Source of the DNA: an uncultured delta proteobacterium
Lineage (GTDB): Bacteria; Desulfobacterota; Desulfobacteria; Desulfobacterales; Desulfatirhabdiaceae
Length of the DNA: 64,000 nt
Direction: 5' to 3'
Assembly: GCA_963789395.1 (NCBI GenBank)
Contig: CAWBKP010000012.1
Location: 64,001-128,000, forward strand
The notes below the pieces were generated by a model. That model was given only the letters and a program-made list of their open reading frames with translations. It did not search any database and was not told where the DNA came from. Of the stretch, positions 63,028 to 64,000 are shown in pieces; positions within the stretch are counted from its first letter, which is position 1; every line of letters begins with the position of its first letter. Made by a program: the position numbers and the translations under genes.

Positions 63028-64000
63028 TCATTGGAAGGGACACCGGTGCTGGCTGATGTGTTCCCGCACTTCGTCTTCAAAATAGGTCAGCAGGCTTTCC
63101 ACCGGGGAGGCCGCCCCCGGAGCCAGCGCGCAGTAGGAATACACACATATTTGCTCAATCGGTGCAGCATGGGGAATGAATTCCTCCCTGCCGTCGCCTG
63201 CTTCGATGCGGGAAAGGATATCCCGGATATACGGCAGGCCTTCCCGGCACGGGGTGCACCAGCCGCAGGATTCACGGGCAAAAAATTCTATCATGTTCAG
63301 TGTTGCGCCCACCAGGCAGGTATTGTGATCGAACACAATGATCGATCCGGTTCCCAGGCGGTGGCCGGCCTGTTTCATGACATCAAAATCCATTTCGATG
63401 TCATAGAATGATTTCGGCAGAAAGCGGGTGGAGGCGCCTCCCGGAAGGCAGGCCTTGTACTCGGAGCCTTCGGGCAGTCCGCCGGCGTGATTTTCGATGA
63501 TTTCACTCAGACGGGTTCCCATGGGCAGCTCAAAGCATCCGGGCCGGATCACATGACCGCTCACGCAGTAGAGCTTGGTGCCGGCTCCGGTCGGGGTTGC
63601 GGCAAGACTTCTGAACCATTCCGGACCGTTTCGCAGAATGTGCGGCACGCAGGCCAGTGTTTCCACGTTGTGGGTTACCGTGGGAAGACCCCAGATGCCT
63701 TTTTGCGTGGCATAGGGCGGCGGCTGAATGGGATTGGCCCGCTTTCCCTCGATGGCATTCATCTGGGCAGAACTTTCGCCGCAGATGTAGCGGCCTGCGC
63801 TGCGATGAACCGTGATTTCCATCGAAAAGTCGCTGCCCAGAATGTTTTTTCCCAAAAATCCCGCTTCTTTTGCGCGGGCGATTTCCCGCTCCAGTATCCG
63901 GGCTGCGCGTCATAGGAGGAGCGGATGAAGACAATCCCTTTTTCAGCCAGGACCGAATACCCGACAATGATCATTCCTTCGATGATCTGGTGGGGGTCCG
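63028..64000 (-). CDS. nuoF: NADH-quinone oxidoreductase subunit F (5'-truncated, frameshifted)
   Basis: AGRYICGE, NVETL, ESCGWCTPCREG and YCALAPGA. Confidence 0.9.

Overview
Bacterial chromosomal window. Gene content and repeat families suggest an anaerobic Desulfobacterota (deltaproteobacterial) genome, which is an inference. From left to right: a GlcD/GlcF-like oxidase plus amidohydrolase operon; small accessory genes including a free-standing archaeal-type ThrRS editing domain coupled to a NUDIX gene; an orphan PAS/HisKA_2 kinase; a peptide-type ABC transporter operon with an amidohydrolase; a ModF-like ATPase; and an acyl-CoA dehydrogenase. A ~13 kb defence/toxin-antitoxin island follows (Phd-ParE, Phd-VapC, a collapsed type I R-M locus plus M48 peptidase, an AEP-primase/SF2-helicase/PLD fusion, an AbiE-like pair, HipBA, an RHH-MazF remnant), punctuated by degenerate integron attC-like sites. 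After it come an orphan SdhA/NadB-like flavoprotein, an MrfAB-like (YprA/YprB) repair pair, an orphan DmsA-like molybdoenzyme, an unassigned glycyl radical enzyme operon (GRE, activase, tandem split-barrel protein), a membrane-anchored class III cyclase, a group IIC intron 5' remnant, a LOG-family protein with an apparent dUTPase-like domain, and the nuoF-N part of a complex I operon. Many small-indel frameshifts hit conserved genes (nuoF/G/N, ABC operon) and are most likely sequencing or assembly errors. All calls come from motif reading; no database searches were run. The best novelty candidates are the GRE operon, the dUTPase-like/LOG fusion, the free-standing ThrRS-editing domain, the Ser/Ser DapF variant and the attC-punctuated defence island.
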